Shown here piece after piece: positions 29,897 through 39,080 of a DNA stretch of 64,000 nt; positions within the stretch are counted from its first letter, which is position 1; every line of letters begins with the position of its first letter. The position numbers were made by a program, and so were the translations under genes. The stretch is from Saprospiraceae bacterium. GTDB lineage: Bacteria > Bacteroidota > Bacteroidia > Chitinophagales > Saprospiraceae. The notes under the pieces were generated by a model. That model saw only the letters and a program-made list of their open reading frames with translations. It did no database searches and was not told the origin of the DNA. The stretch lies in assembly GCA_016710115.1 (NCBI GenBank), contig JADJLN010000001.1, positions 300,029 through 364,028 on the forward strand, in the 5' to 3' direction.

Positions 29897-30991
29897 ATGA
29901 AACACTCCAACTTGATTCATCTGGTCATCATTGTACTTCTGGTCACACAGGGAAGCAGGGTTCTGGCTCAGTCCACTTCTTCTCTCGGGATTCTGGATAT
30001 TTCTATCACCGGTTTGAATTACGACCCGTCTCAGGCAGCCAACATTGCGCGGGCGGAATTGACCAAGCTCGACCGGTACAACGTCTACAATCGGGAAGAC
30101 ATCCGGTATGAACTCGAACAGAAGGGCATGAACATCTCGGATTGTTATGCCAAAGCCTGTCTCATTGACGTGGGCAAGGCGATCTCCGTGCGCAAGATGT
30201 TTTCAGGAAGCATTGAAGCGATCAACGGCCAGGTACTGGTCTCCTTCCGGGTCATTGATGTCGGCAGCGGACAGGAGGAATTGACCTTTGTCAAGGAATA
30301 TCTCAACCTCCCTGACCAGGTCCATCTCATCATCCAGTATGCGATTCAGGAAATGTATGGTCAGCCGGTCGATGAAGCTATACTGCAGCGGTTGACCAAG
30401 CGGGATAATTTCGAGAACAGTATCAATCTGCCCCAGACAACACGGCTCAATCTCAGCGGACCGCGGATGGGGGTTGCCATTTTTGCAGGTCAATTGGGGG
30501 AGACCATGAAATCGGATGACGATGGTGGGTTCAATGCGAGCAATATCATGTTCCAGTTCGGGTATCAGTTCGAGTGGACCTATCTGAATGAAGGAAATTT
30601 CCAGGCCCTGTTCGAGTTTGTACCGTTGATTACCGGTTTTGACCAGGGCAAGTTCTTCCCCAGTCTTTCCCTGCTCAACGGGCTGCGGGAAAGTCGCCAC
30701 GGGTGGGAAATGGCCATTGGTCCCCTGTTCAGTCTGACCAAACAGGCCACAGGTTATGTCAACGAATCCGGTGATTTCATCATAAGCCAGGACGTACCGA
30801 ATGGATTCAAGAAAAAAACCCGGGTGGACAGTCGCGGCGAGTACACCATCAAATCAGGGTTTGTCCTGTCAGTAGGTAAATCTTTCCGATCCGGCAATCT
30901 CAATTTGCCTATCAATATTTTCTACATCCCTGGCAAGGAAGGAAACCACCGATTCGGGTTGTCAGTGGGATACAACACGAAGCGTACATAA
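29897..30991 (+). CDS. Secreted, probably outer-membrane protein (364 aa): signal peptide, an N-terminal periplasmic domain and a C-terminal amphipathic beta-strand region.
   Basis: Signal MKHSNLIHLVIIVLLVTQGSRVLAQ. The C-terminal half has alternating hydrophobic residues (FQFGYQFEWTYL, FVLSVGKSF, FGLSVGYN) typical of a beta-barrel. The start is at ATG 29897 within the longer ORF 29393..30991. Confidence 0.5.
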   Translation: MKHSNLIHLVIIVLLVTQGSRVLAQSTSSLGILDISITGLNYDPSQAANIARAELTKLDRYNVYNREDIRYELEQKGMNISDCYAKACLIDVGKAISVRKMFSGSIEAINGQVLVSFRVIDVGSGQEELTFVKEYLNLPDQVHLIIQYAIQEMYGQPVDEAILQRLTKRDNFENSINLPQTTRLNLSGPRMGVAIFAGQLGETMKSDDDGGFNASNIMFQFGYQFEWTYLNEGNFQALFEFVPLITGFDQGKFFPSLSLLNGLRESRHGWEMAIGPLFSLTKQATGYVNESGDFIISQDVPNGFKKKTRVDSRGEYTIKSGFVLSVGKSFRSGNLNLPINIFYIPGKEGNHRFGLSVGYNTKRT

Positions 30992-31215
30992 GCCCTTGTT
31001 TTCTGTTGGTTGAATGGGGATGGGATCATCGGGTCCCATCTCTACCGGCCAGCAGTAAGATCAAGTAGTAAGTAGTTTACAGGTTTTGGTTGAATAAGTT
31101 GTTCAGGGCAGGTTTGGTAACCTGCCCTGTTTTTTTCTCGATTACTGGAAAGTGAAGCAGCTGCATGCCGGTGCCAAGGTTGATCCAGGGAACACCACAG
31201 TGGTCAACCACAAAC

Positions 31216-31262
31216 ACGGTTCAGAATTGCATAAAAAAAAGACCCCGTTCTGATCATGCAGG
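31216..31262 (-). terminator. Intrinsic terminator after the flotillin gene.
   Basis: On the minus strand, an AGACC...GGTCT hairpin is followed by TTTTTTTT (an A8 tract on the plus strand). Confidence 0.5.
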
Positions 31263-31292
31263 ACGAGGTCTTTTGATGATGAGAGGATGCAG

Positions 31293-32708
31293 CTATTCCT
31301 CTGTTTCGGTTTGTTCGGTTGGAGTGGGTTCCTCCGCCTTCACATGGCCCAGATATGTCGGCAGATCCATCCCGGCCATGTTGAACAGGTCATTCATCGG
31401 CGGGACCGATTTGTACAAACCGTAGATGAATTTTGACGTGGAGTTGCCTTCACCCTCTTTCTGATTGCCTCCTTCCCAGACGGTCACTTTATCGATCCGG
31501 ATATTCTTGATGGCCTCGACCTGTGTTTTTACCAGATCTTCCAGTTTATCCGCGATCAGCATCAGGACGGCATCTCGTGAATTTCCGCCAGCGGCGGCGA
31601 CGACTTTCTGGAACCCCAATGCCTGTTTTTCAAGAACTTCAAACAGGCCTCGAGCTTCAGCTTCCTTCATCAGATAGAGGGCATCCGCCTCCCCTTTTGC
31701 CAATCTTCGGGTCTGTTCAGCTTCGGCCTCTGCGAGGATCTCCTTCTGTCGCCTGGCGATCTCTGCCTGGACAATAGTATCTGCTTCACGCGTTGCTTTT
31801 TCGCGTTTGGCTCGCGCCTCTTCCGCGCGTTGTTCGGCCGCATAGGCCTCTTCCAGCGAACGCGCGGACGCGATCTTTTCAGCTGCGGTAGCCTGTCTGA
31901 GCGCTTCTGCCTCTTTTTCTCGTCGTTCGGCATTCGATTGTGCGATCTTCACGGCAGCCAGGTTTTCACCTTCAGTGGCTGAAGACTGTGCATCCGCCTC
32001 CCCGATCTTGGCCTTTGCATCTGCAGCAGAAACCTGGATACGCTTGTCCATCAGCGCTTCTGCCTCTCCGATCGATCCGGTTCGTTCCTTTTCGGCCACT
32101 CTCACTTTTGCTTCGTTGATCGCTTTTGCAGCCGCCTCCTTTCCGAGGGCTTCGATATAACCGGATTCATCCTGGATATCCGTCACGTTCACGTTGATCA
32201 GGATCAACCCGATCTTGCGTAATTCACTGCCTACATTGGAGGCGACATTGGACAGGAATTTGTCTCTGTCAGAATTGATTTCCTCAATATCCATTGTCGC
32301 GACAACCAGTCGCAGCTGGCCGAAAATGATATCCTTCGCGATATCGCGGATCTCATCCATGGATTTACCCAACAGACGTTCGGCGGCATTGATCATCACG
32401 CCTTCTTCATTGCTGATGGCTACGGTAAAACGGGATGGGACGTTGACTCGTATATTCTGTTTGCTCAATGCTCCGCGCAGGTCGACATCGATAGAAATGG
32501 GAGTCAGATCGAGGTATTCCCAATCCTGGATGACCGGCCAGACAAATGCGGCACCTCCGGCCAGGCATTTTGCCGAACCCGAACCGGTTTTACCATAAAT
32601 GACCAGAATCCGGTCAGACGGACAACGTTTGTACCGACTGACAAAGAAGAAGATCATCATGACAGCCAAGAAGATCAACCCGAATAACAAGAATGCAGCT
32701 TCTTCCAT
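31293..32708 (-). CDS. Flotillin-like protein (SPFH/band-7 family).
   Basis: An N-terminal TM segment, an SPFH domain, and a long Ala/Glu-rich coiled-coil region (EAEALRQATAAEKIASARSLEEAYAAEQRAEEARAKR) across 471 aa. Confidence 0.85.
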   Translation of the reverse strand: MEEAAFLLFGLIFLAVMMIFFFVSRYKRCPSDRILVIYGKTGSGSAKCLAGGAAFVWPVIQDWEYLDLTPISIDVDLRGALSKQNIRVNVPSRFTVAISNEEGVMINAAERLLGKSMDEIRDIAKDIIFGQLRLVVATMDIEEINSDRDKFLSNVASNVGSELRKIGLILINVNVTDIQDESGYIEALGKEAAAKAINEAKVRVAEKERTGSIGEAEALMDKRIQVSAADAKAKIGEADAQSSATEGENLAAVKIAQSNAERREKEAEALRQATAAEKIASARSLEEAYAAEQRAEEARAKREKATREADTIVQAEIARRQKEILAEAEAEQTRRLAKGEADALYLMKEAEARGLFEVLEKQALGFQKVVAAAGGNSRDAVLMLIADKLEDLVKTQVEAIKNIRIDKVTVWEGGNQKEGEGNSTSKFIYGLYKSVPPMNDLFNMAGMDLPTYLGHVKAEEPTPTEQTETEE

Positions 32709-32765
32709 AAGTGAGTTTGGTTTTTCGTCGTTTTAATTCGTTTTCAGCACTTGATTCATTTTCCT

Positions 32766-33380
32766 TCAGCTGGTTGAATCTCCGGAATCACGGACCGCTT
32801 CCACCAGGACCAGTGTGTCACCGAGAATGCCCGTCACCCGCACGATGGAGCCATTGGGCAGCATTTTACCCTCCGTCAATGCATCCACCTCCCGGGTTCC
32901 GTTTCCGAGCTGGATCAAGATCTTTCCGACGCCGGATTTTCTGGCAGGTATCGTGAGGTATACTTCCCCGGTATGGTACAGCGCCTCATCAATATGATAA
33001 TTGCCGATCTGGGTTTGTTGGCTGAACAGATAGAGGAGATAGCCGACCAGAGACATGGCCAGCATGCCCGATAGAAAGGCGATCAACAGGGCCCATAACA
33101 GTGGACCTCCCCGGGATAACACAATCACACCAGCCCACCCGAAAAAGGTAAAAAAGGCGATCACACTGCGGACAGACAACCAGGCAAAACCGGGATCGAT
33201 ATGTACATCATGATCTGTTTCCAGGTCAGGTCCTGCGTCACTGTCCAGATCCAGTCCAAAACCGATCAGATTGATCACAAACTGAAAGATGAACAGGGCA
33301 GAAAAGAACAGAGCGATCCCCCAGAACAGTTGTTGTGCAACACTCAGTGTGTCCCACCATTGGCTCATCCATTCAGTCGA
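32766..33380 (-). CDS. NfeD-family membrane protein (flotillin-associated), with a C-terminal OB-fold-like domain.
   Basis: About 4 TM helices followed by a beta-rich soluble domain (GEVYLTIPARKSGVGKILIQLGNGTREVDA). It lies immediately upstream of flotillin in the same orientation. Confidence 0.7.
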   Translation of the reverse strand, partial: STEWMSQWWDTLSVAQQLFWGIALFFSALFIFQFVINLIGFGLDLDSDAGPDLETDHDVHIDPGFAWLSVRSVIAFFTFFGWAGVIVLSRGGPLLWALLIAFLSGMLAMSLVGYLLYLFSQQTQIGNYHIDEALYHTGEVYLTIPARKSGVGKILIQLGNGTREVDALTEGKMLPNGSIVRVTGILGDTLVLVEAVRDSGDSTS

Positions 33381-33597
33381 CATGACATACAAGTTTCAAC
33401 CGGGATCTGATCCGGTCAGAGGAATAGTCCCAACTTCTGAAAAATGCCGGATACTACCAAACGTTCTTCGACCAATCCGGGAGAATCAAAGATGAACTCC
33501 ATTTGGGGAGAAGTCAGAACCATCCTGCAATGTGTGAAAAGCAATCATTTGTCCCAGGACGCAGAGGGTAGTCAGAAACTGATATACCGTGTCGGGT

Positions 33598-34452
33598 CTA
33601 CTGGTTTTCCTGGTACCACAATTCAAAATGAAGGTGTGGGCCGCTGGATAGGGTGCCTGTATTGCCAATGATCGCAATGGCTTCTCCGGCACGGACAAAA
33701 CTGCCTTGTTTTTTGAGCAGGCTGCTGTTGTGTTTGTAAAACGTGGTGACCTGACTGTTGTGCAGGATGCCGATGGTATTCCCGGTTTCCAGCGTCCAGT
33801 CTGACAGGATGACATAGCCATCCATGGCGGCCTTGATCGGCGTGTTTTTCGGCGCAAGAATGTCGACGCCATTGTGCTCCTTGTCGGGCATGAATCCGGC
33901 ACTGATCTCGCCTTTGAGAGGTGGGGTGAAATGCAGTCGTTCGAGGGGAATCTGGGGTGCGGGTGCTGAAGCCGGGGCTGTCGACTGTTTGCGCAGGCCT
34001 TCGCCGAGCTGGTAGTTGTTCCTCAGCATCTGGTCTTCTTCAATCCGTTTGACCTCGGAGAGACTGTCCTGAATGAAGCCCTGCTTTTCTTCGGTTTGTT
34101 CTGTGCGCACCTCTCCGGTGAGGATGTGACGGATATTGTCGGTATACCGTTTCTGCAGTTCCAGTTGCCGTGTCATATCATCGATCTTGGATCGGAGACT
34201 GATCAATTCAGGATCCATAGATGCATCGCCATATCCGGGAATCCATCGTTTGAGTGGGGTAAACACGATCAGCATGACCACAATGGTGGCCAGCCCGACA
34301 AAAAGGGAGCTCAACAGGACATACAGGCTGAGTGGTGTGAGGGTGTAAGCACCTACCTCTTCCAGGGAGTCTTCCTTGAGAATGACCAGTCGATATGGCT
34401 TTTTCAGCCGCTGCCGCAGACGTTTCGGGTTATTTACGGGCTGTTCTTCCAT
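33598..34452 (-). CDS. M23-family metallopeptidase (peptidoglycan DD-endopeptidase-like) with an N-terminal TM anchor.
   Basis: HNGVDILAP...GNTGTLSSGPHLHFELW carries the HxxxD and HxH zinc-ligand motifs of M23. Confidence 0.8.
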   Translation of the reverse strand: MEEQPVNNPKRLRQRLKKPYRLVILKEDSLEEVGAYTLTPLSLYVLLSSLFVGLATIVVMLIVFTPLKRWIPGYGDASMDPELISLRSKIDDMTRQLELQKRYTDNIRHILTGEVRTEQTEEKQGFIQDSLSEVKRIEEDQMLRNNYQLGEGLRKQSTAPASAPAPQIPLERLHFTPPLKGEISAGFMPDKEHNGVDILAPKNTPIKAAMDGYVILSDWTLETGNTIGILHNSQVTTFYKHNSSLLKKQGSFVRAGEAIAIIGNTGTLSSGPHLHFELWYQENQ

Positions 34453-34526
34453 GGAACTGCTATTTTGCTGCGAATTAAAATAATTTTGCCGGATCAGTTG
34501 TTATATGCCTGTTCCAGCTGATTGGT

Positions 34527-37500
34527 ATGGTTTTTCGTATACACTTTTATCGTCATATCACCTTCGCCTTGAGATCCTTCCGTCTACCCGTTCTTTTTCT
34601 GCTCTTCGTTGTACTCAGCAGTTGTGCTACTAAAAAAAGCCGGGAGAACCCGTCTCTTTTGGGTCGATTCTATCACAATACTACGGCATACTACAACGGC
34701 TATTTCAATGCCAACGTATTACTGCAGGGCAGTCAGCTCAAATTGGCCACCAGCAATCAGGACAATTATACTCAGATCCTGGATGTTTATGACTATGTCA
34801 ATGTGAGTAATCCGGAAACGGTGAAGGAGGACCTGGACAAGGCGATCGAGAAAGTATCCGTAGTCGCCACCCTGCATCGGCCCAGTCATTGGGTAGATGA
34901 CTGTTATCTTCTGGTCGGCAAGGCCCAATACCTCAAGCACGATTTCGAGTCATCGGAAGAGACCCTGACCTACCTGAAAGAGGCCTATTCTCCGGAAGCC
35001 ATGGAGCTGAGGAAGAAGACGATCAACAAAAAAGCACGAGCCAAAGCCAGGGAGGAGGAACGAGAAGAGAAGAAAAAGCTCCAGGAAGAAGAGCGAGAAA
35101 CCAGAAAAGAGGAGCTGGAAGAAAAACGTGAAGAGAAAAAGGAGGAGGTTGAACAGTCGCGTCGGGAACGGGAACGTGAAGCTGCCAAGGCAGCCAAAGA
35201 GCGACGGAAAGAAGCCAAGCGTCGGAAAAAGGAACGGGAGAAAGAGGCGAAGGAACGTGCCAAAGCCCGGAAGAAAGGGAAGCCAATGCCTCCCCGCAAA
35301 GGCACGACCCCTGCTCCTGAAGAACGAGATTCATCAATTGTAAAAACACCAAACCCGGAGCTGACAAAGTCCGAACCAGAAGTCCAGCCGGAACCTGAAA
35401 CTCCAGAGGCAACCGAGGACGAAGTAGCCGAAGAAAAACCGGAAGAAAAGGAAGAACCAAAACAGGAAAACTATTTCCTCAAACACCGTCCCGCCTATGC
35501 GGAAGGCATGTTGTGGCTGGGCCGGACCTATACAGAACGACATCTTTATGAGGATGCCATGCGGGCGTTTACGGATGCGGCTACGCATTTGACCGCTTCA
35601 CCGGAAGTGCGTCGGGCAGTACCCGTGGCCCAGGCACATCTGTTTCTGGAGCGGGGAATGTACGATGCTGCGATCCCGTATTTGCAATCGTCGATCACGT
35701 TGGCGAGGAAGAAAAAAGAGAAGGCCCGCTACCATTACATTCTGGGACAGATCTATCAGCAGCAGAATCAATATGCACAATCCGTTGAGGCATTCCGATC
35801 CGTGATCAAGATGCGTCCTGCGTATGAAATGGAGTTCAATGCGCGCCTCAATCTGGCGTTGGGCGAGTATCGTTCAGGGCAATCTCCGGTGGCAGATTCC
35901 CGGAAAGACATGGAGCGTTTCCTCAAGGACAAGAAAAACGAGGACTATAAGGACCGGATCTACTTCGCGCTTGCCGAGATGGATCTGGATCTGGGCGATA
36001 CGACCCAGGCCATCGTGGATCTGAAAGAATCAGCCCGCTTCTCTACCAAGAATATTTCGCAGTTGGCAGAAACGCACCTGAAACTGGCCGATCTGTATTA
36101 TTCTCAGGAACTGTATGTTGAAGCCAAGGTGTATTATGATCTGGTGATCAAGGAGATGGCCGCTACGGATGATCGCTATCCGCTGGCTTCGCTCCTGAGC
36201 AAGAACCTGACTGACATTGCCCGCAATATCGAAGTGATCACCTTGCAGGACAGCCTGTTGATGATTGCCGGACTATCCGAAAAGGAACGGGTGGCATTGG
36301 CAGAGCGAATCAAGGAAGCGCAGCTGGCCAAGGCCAACGAAGTAGCCCAAAATCAGGCGAATGAACCCAAGCCAGATAATCAGGGACTTTCCGTCAGCCA
36401 GGGTCAGTTCGGAGCGCGCAACCGGCCTTCCTCCGAGCCCGCCCAATCCAACTTCTTTGCCTATGACAGCAAGGCCCTGGATCGGGGAATGAAGGATTTT
36501 GCAAGTTATTGGGGTGATGATCGGTCACTGGAAGACAACTGGCGCCGATCCAATCGATCTGCCGGGTTCCAGGTGGAAGAAGCGGCATCTGCTGAAGAAG
36601 CAATCGAAACCAGTCTGACCAACAGCGAACTGGAAGCGATGTTCAAGGATGTCCCGATGACACCGGAGGCTGTTGCTGCATCGGAAGAAAAGATCCAGAC
36701 AGCGATGATCGCATTGGGTCGCCTCTACCGGGAACGCCTGCAAAACAATGAAAAATCGGTCGAAGTCCTGACCCAACTGCTGAACCGGTTTCCCGATACG
36801 GAATTCGAACTGGATGCCTGGTATTTCCTTTATCTGGCTCACATGGATCTGGGTCAATCAGCCGAAGCCAGGAAATACTATGATCTCATCCTGGGTAAAT
36901 ATCCGGAATCGACCTATGCCCGAGTGTTGGGTGACCCTGACTATCTGGGAGAATCCCGTGAAAAGGAACGCCGTCTGAATGCCTATTACAAGCAGACCTA
37001 TGATCAGTTTAGTGCAGGACAGTATGATGCTGCCTGGGTTCGATTGGCTCAGGTAGATACCTTGTTCGGTCCGGAAAATCGGCTACAGGCAAAATTTGTA
37101 TTGCTCCGTGCCATGACGACAGGGAACAGGGAAGGCAAAGAGGCCTATATCGATGCATTGAAGGATCTGGTCAGCAAGTATCCGGATACGGAAGAAGAAA
37201 AGCGTGCCAAGGAAATCCTGCGTCTGCTGGGTGATCAATCAGTTGCGCCCAAAGATCTGCCCAATCAGAATGCGGAGGAAGGGGAATTCAACCTCGATCC
37301 GGATGGCACCCATTATGTGATCATCAACTGGTCGTTGACGGCAGTTGATCTCCAGAATGCACAGAATGAAGTGAACGAGTTCAATCGCAAATATTTCAAG
37401 GCCGATCGTCTTCGTCTCTCATCGAATATCTTCCTCAGTGTGGATGTTCCCCTGATGGTTGTCCGGAAGTTTGATACTGCTGCCAAAGCGATGGAATACT

Positions 37501-37652
37501 ACAATCTGATCCAGAAATATCAGGAAGAATTCCTGGGGAAAGCCGATGCCGGACTCAAGGTGTATCCGGTAACCCAGCAGAATTATCGTGTAATCCTGAA
37601 AAACAGATCTCTCGAAGCCTACGATCCATTCTTTTTAGCGAATTATTTCTAG
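34527..37652 (+). CDS. TPR-repeat lipoprotein (1041 aa) with a ~170-residue Lys/Glu/Arg-rich low-complexity linker.
   Basis: Lipoprotein signal LFVVLSSC. A charged segment KKARAKAREEEREEKKKLQEEERETRKEELEEKREEKKEE... (nt ~34985..35470) is followed by multiple TPR-like helices. Confidence 0.7.
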   Translation: MVFRIHFYRHITFALRSFRLPVLFLLFVVLSSCATKKSRENPSLLGRFYHNTTAYYNGYFNANVLLQGSQLKLATSNQDNYTQILDVYDYVNVSNPETVKEDLDKAIEKVSVVATLHRPSHWVDDCYLLVGKAQYLKHDFESSEETLTYLKEAYSPEAMELRKKTINKKARAKAREEEREEKKKLQEEERETRKEELEEKREEKKEEVEQSRREREREAAKAAKERRKEAKRRKKEREKEAKERAKARKKGKPMPPRKGTTPAPEERDSSIVKTPNPELTKSEPEVQPEPETPEATEDEVAEEKPEEKEEPKQENYFLKHRPAYAEGMLWLGRTYTERHLYEDAMRAFTDAATHLTASPEVRRAVPVAQAHLFLERGMYDAAIPYLQSSITLARKKKEKARYHYILGQIYQQQNQYAQSVEAFRSVIKMRPAYEMEFNARLNLALGEYRSGQSPVADSRKDMERFLKDKKNEDYKDRIYFALAEMDLDLGDTTQAIVDLKESARFSTKNISQLAETHLKLADLYYSQELYVEAKVYYDLVIKEMAATDDRYPLASLLSKNLTDIARNIEVITLQDSLLMIAGLSEKERVALAERIKEAQLAKANEVAQNQANEPKPDNQGLSVSQGQFGARNRPSSEPAQSNFFAYDSKALDRGMKDFASYWGDDRSLEDNWRRSNRSAGFQVEEAASAEEAIETSLTNSELEAMFKDVPMTPEAVAASEEKIQTAMIALGRLYRERLQNNEKSVEVLTQLLNRFPDTEFELDAWYFLYLAHMDLGQSAEARKYYDLILGKYPESTYARVLGDPDYLGESREKERRLNAYYKQTYDQFSAGQYDAAWVRLAQVDTLFGPENRLQAKFVLLRAMTTGNREGKEAYIDALKDLVSKYPDTEEEKRAKEILRLLGDQSVAPKDLPNQNAEEGEFNLDPDGTHYVIINWSLTAVDLQNAQNEVNEFNRKYFKADRLRLSSNIFLSVDVPLMVVRKFDTAAKAMEYYNLIQKYQEEFLGKADAGLKVYPVTQQNYRVILKNRSLEAYDPFFLANYF

Positions 37653-37680
37653 GCAAAAGACTAAGACTGAGTTTTTCAAA

Positions 37681-37716
37681 ACGGGACCCGGATATGTGTA
37701 TTCGGGTCCGTTTTTT
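37681..37716 (+). terminator. Intrinsic terminator after the TPR lipoprotein gene.
   Basis: GGGACCCGgatatgtgtattCGGGTCC hairpin followed by GTTTTTT. Confidence 0.8.
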
Positions 37717-39012
37717 ATTTAAGAACCTCCCATTTTATTTCTGATTACCAATCTCATTTTAATGCATCGGCGCCTGGGCACAATGAACATTTTGGCATGA
37801 CCTTCTTTCTGACTGGAAGAAGACTTATGTCTATTGTCACAGAGAATTGGTAATGATGCAACCGAATTCAAAACCGACACTTCCTCAATGAATTTTTCCG
37901 CAGATGCCATTCGACCTCCACTGAGGTCTTCTGATTGAAAGAATGCTGTATGGGGATATGATTCATTCACTGAATAAATCTCCTCTATATCTCGGCTTGT
38001 TTGTCAGTGCTTAAATTTTCTCGTTGACATTTCCCCATTGAACTCCTCGACCCCAAACTCCTCCGGGTGATTCCAATCATTTATAGTTCTACTTCAGTGG
38101 TTTATTTCATCAAATTAAAGATGTCCAATTCCGTTGTATTGACCGCATAGACTCTTTAATGTGTTAAGGGTGTTGTATATCGCCCCTTCAGGGCTTTGAA
38201 TCGGTTGATATCTTTAAGATTGGGCGGTGCCCAACCCTGGGGTATATCATCCTTTCAGGGCTTTCCCAGGTAAGTTTGTTTCATTTATATTTCTTAGAGT
38301 GCATTGTCCCATATTTATAGAAGAGACTATTTTAACGTATATCCAAATAATCAAATAAACTTCAGATCTGTCCAAAATAAACTTCGAAAGGTTGCTTTTG
38401 GCATGGTGCAGTATTCCATTCATGGCATCATTGTGAAATTTTGACCATTGTAGAACACCCCTGGCCCGCCTCTTGCCGGCGAGGCACCTACTTTTTGTCT
38501 TGGCAAAAAGTAGGCAAAAACCGCTTGTCGCCAAAATGGGCCTTCTTTTTATGTTTAATGGCAATGCTAACTCGTATCTGGATTGACTGACGTTAACATC
38601 AGGACCCGGCCGCTCGTATTTGATCGGTGGTTATTTGCATCATTGATACTCTTTTTTCACGTAAATTGTCAAAACACGCATCACATGTCCGATCAAATAA
38701 TGCGGCAGTTTGCACGATTGACTGTTTTCATACAGCTATAGAATTCAATTGTTTGCCTGGTAGTCGGGTCCTTGATGTGATGGGAGGCCCTGCTTTGGCG
38801 ACGATTAAATTTTAGGGGGTTAGATTCGGATTTTATGATCTGTAGAGTCATATTTCATTGATTATCAGCACTTATATTTTACAGAATAAATTGTTTTGGA
38901 CAGATGTGAATAAACTCATAACCGAATAAACCCATAACCTCCACACCCAGTTTAATTTCTGCCATGCTGATCAGGTCATTGCAATGAACATAGTCTCTTC
39001 AATATCCAGCTT

Positions 39013-39052
39013 AAAAAAAGCCCGGAATGAAAGATCATTCCGGGCTTTTTTA
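39013..39052. terminator. Bidirectional intrinsic terminator downstream of bamA.
   Basis: AAAAAAAGCCCGGAATGaaagatCATTCCGGGCTTTTTT. Confidence 0.8.
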
Positions 39053-39080
39053 ACTTTTTCTAGTTATAATGTTAAGCAGA

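Noticed and set aside
34985-35460. Minus-strand ORFs 34985..35305 and 35023..35460 (Ser/Phe/Leu-rich).
   Set aside because: They are the complement of the purine-rich KE-repeat coding region of the TPR lipoprotein gene and so are low-complexity artefacts.
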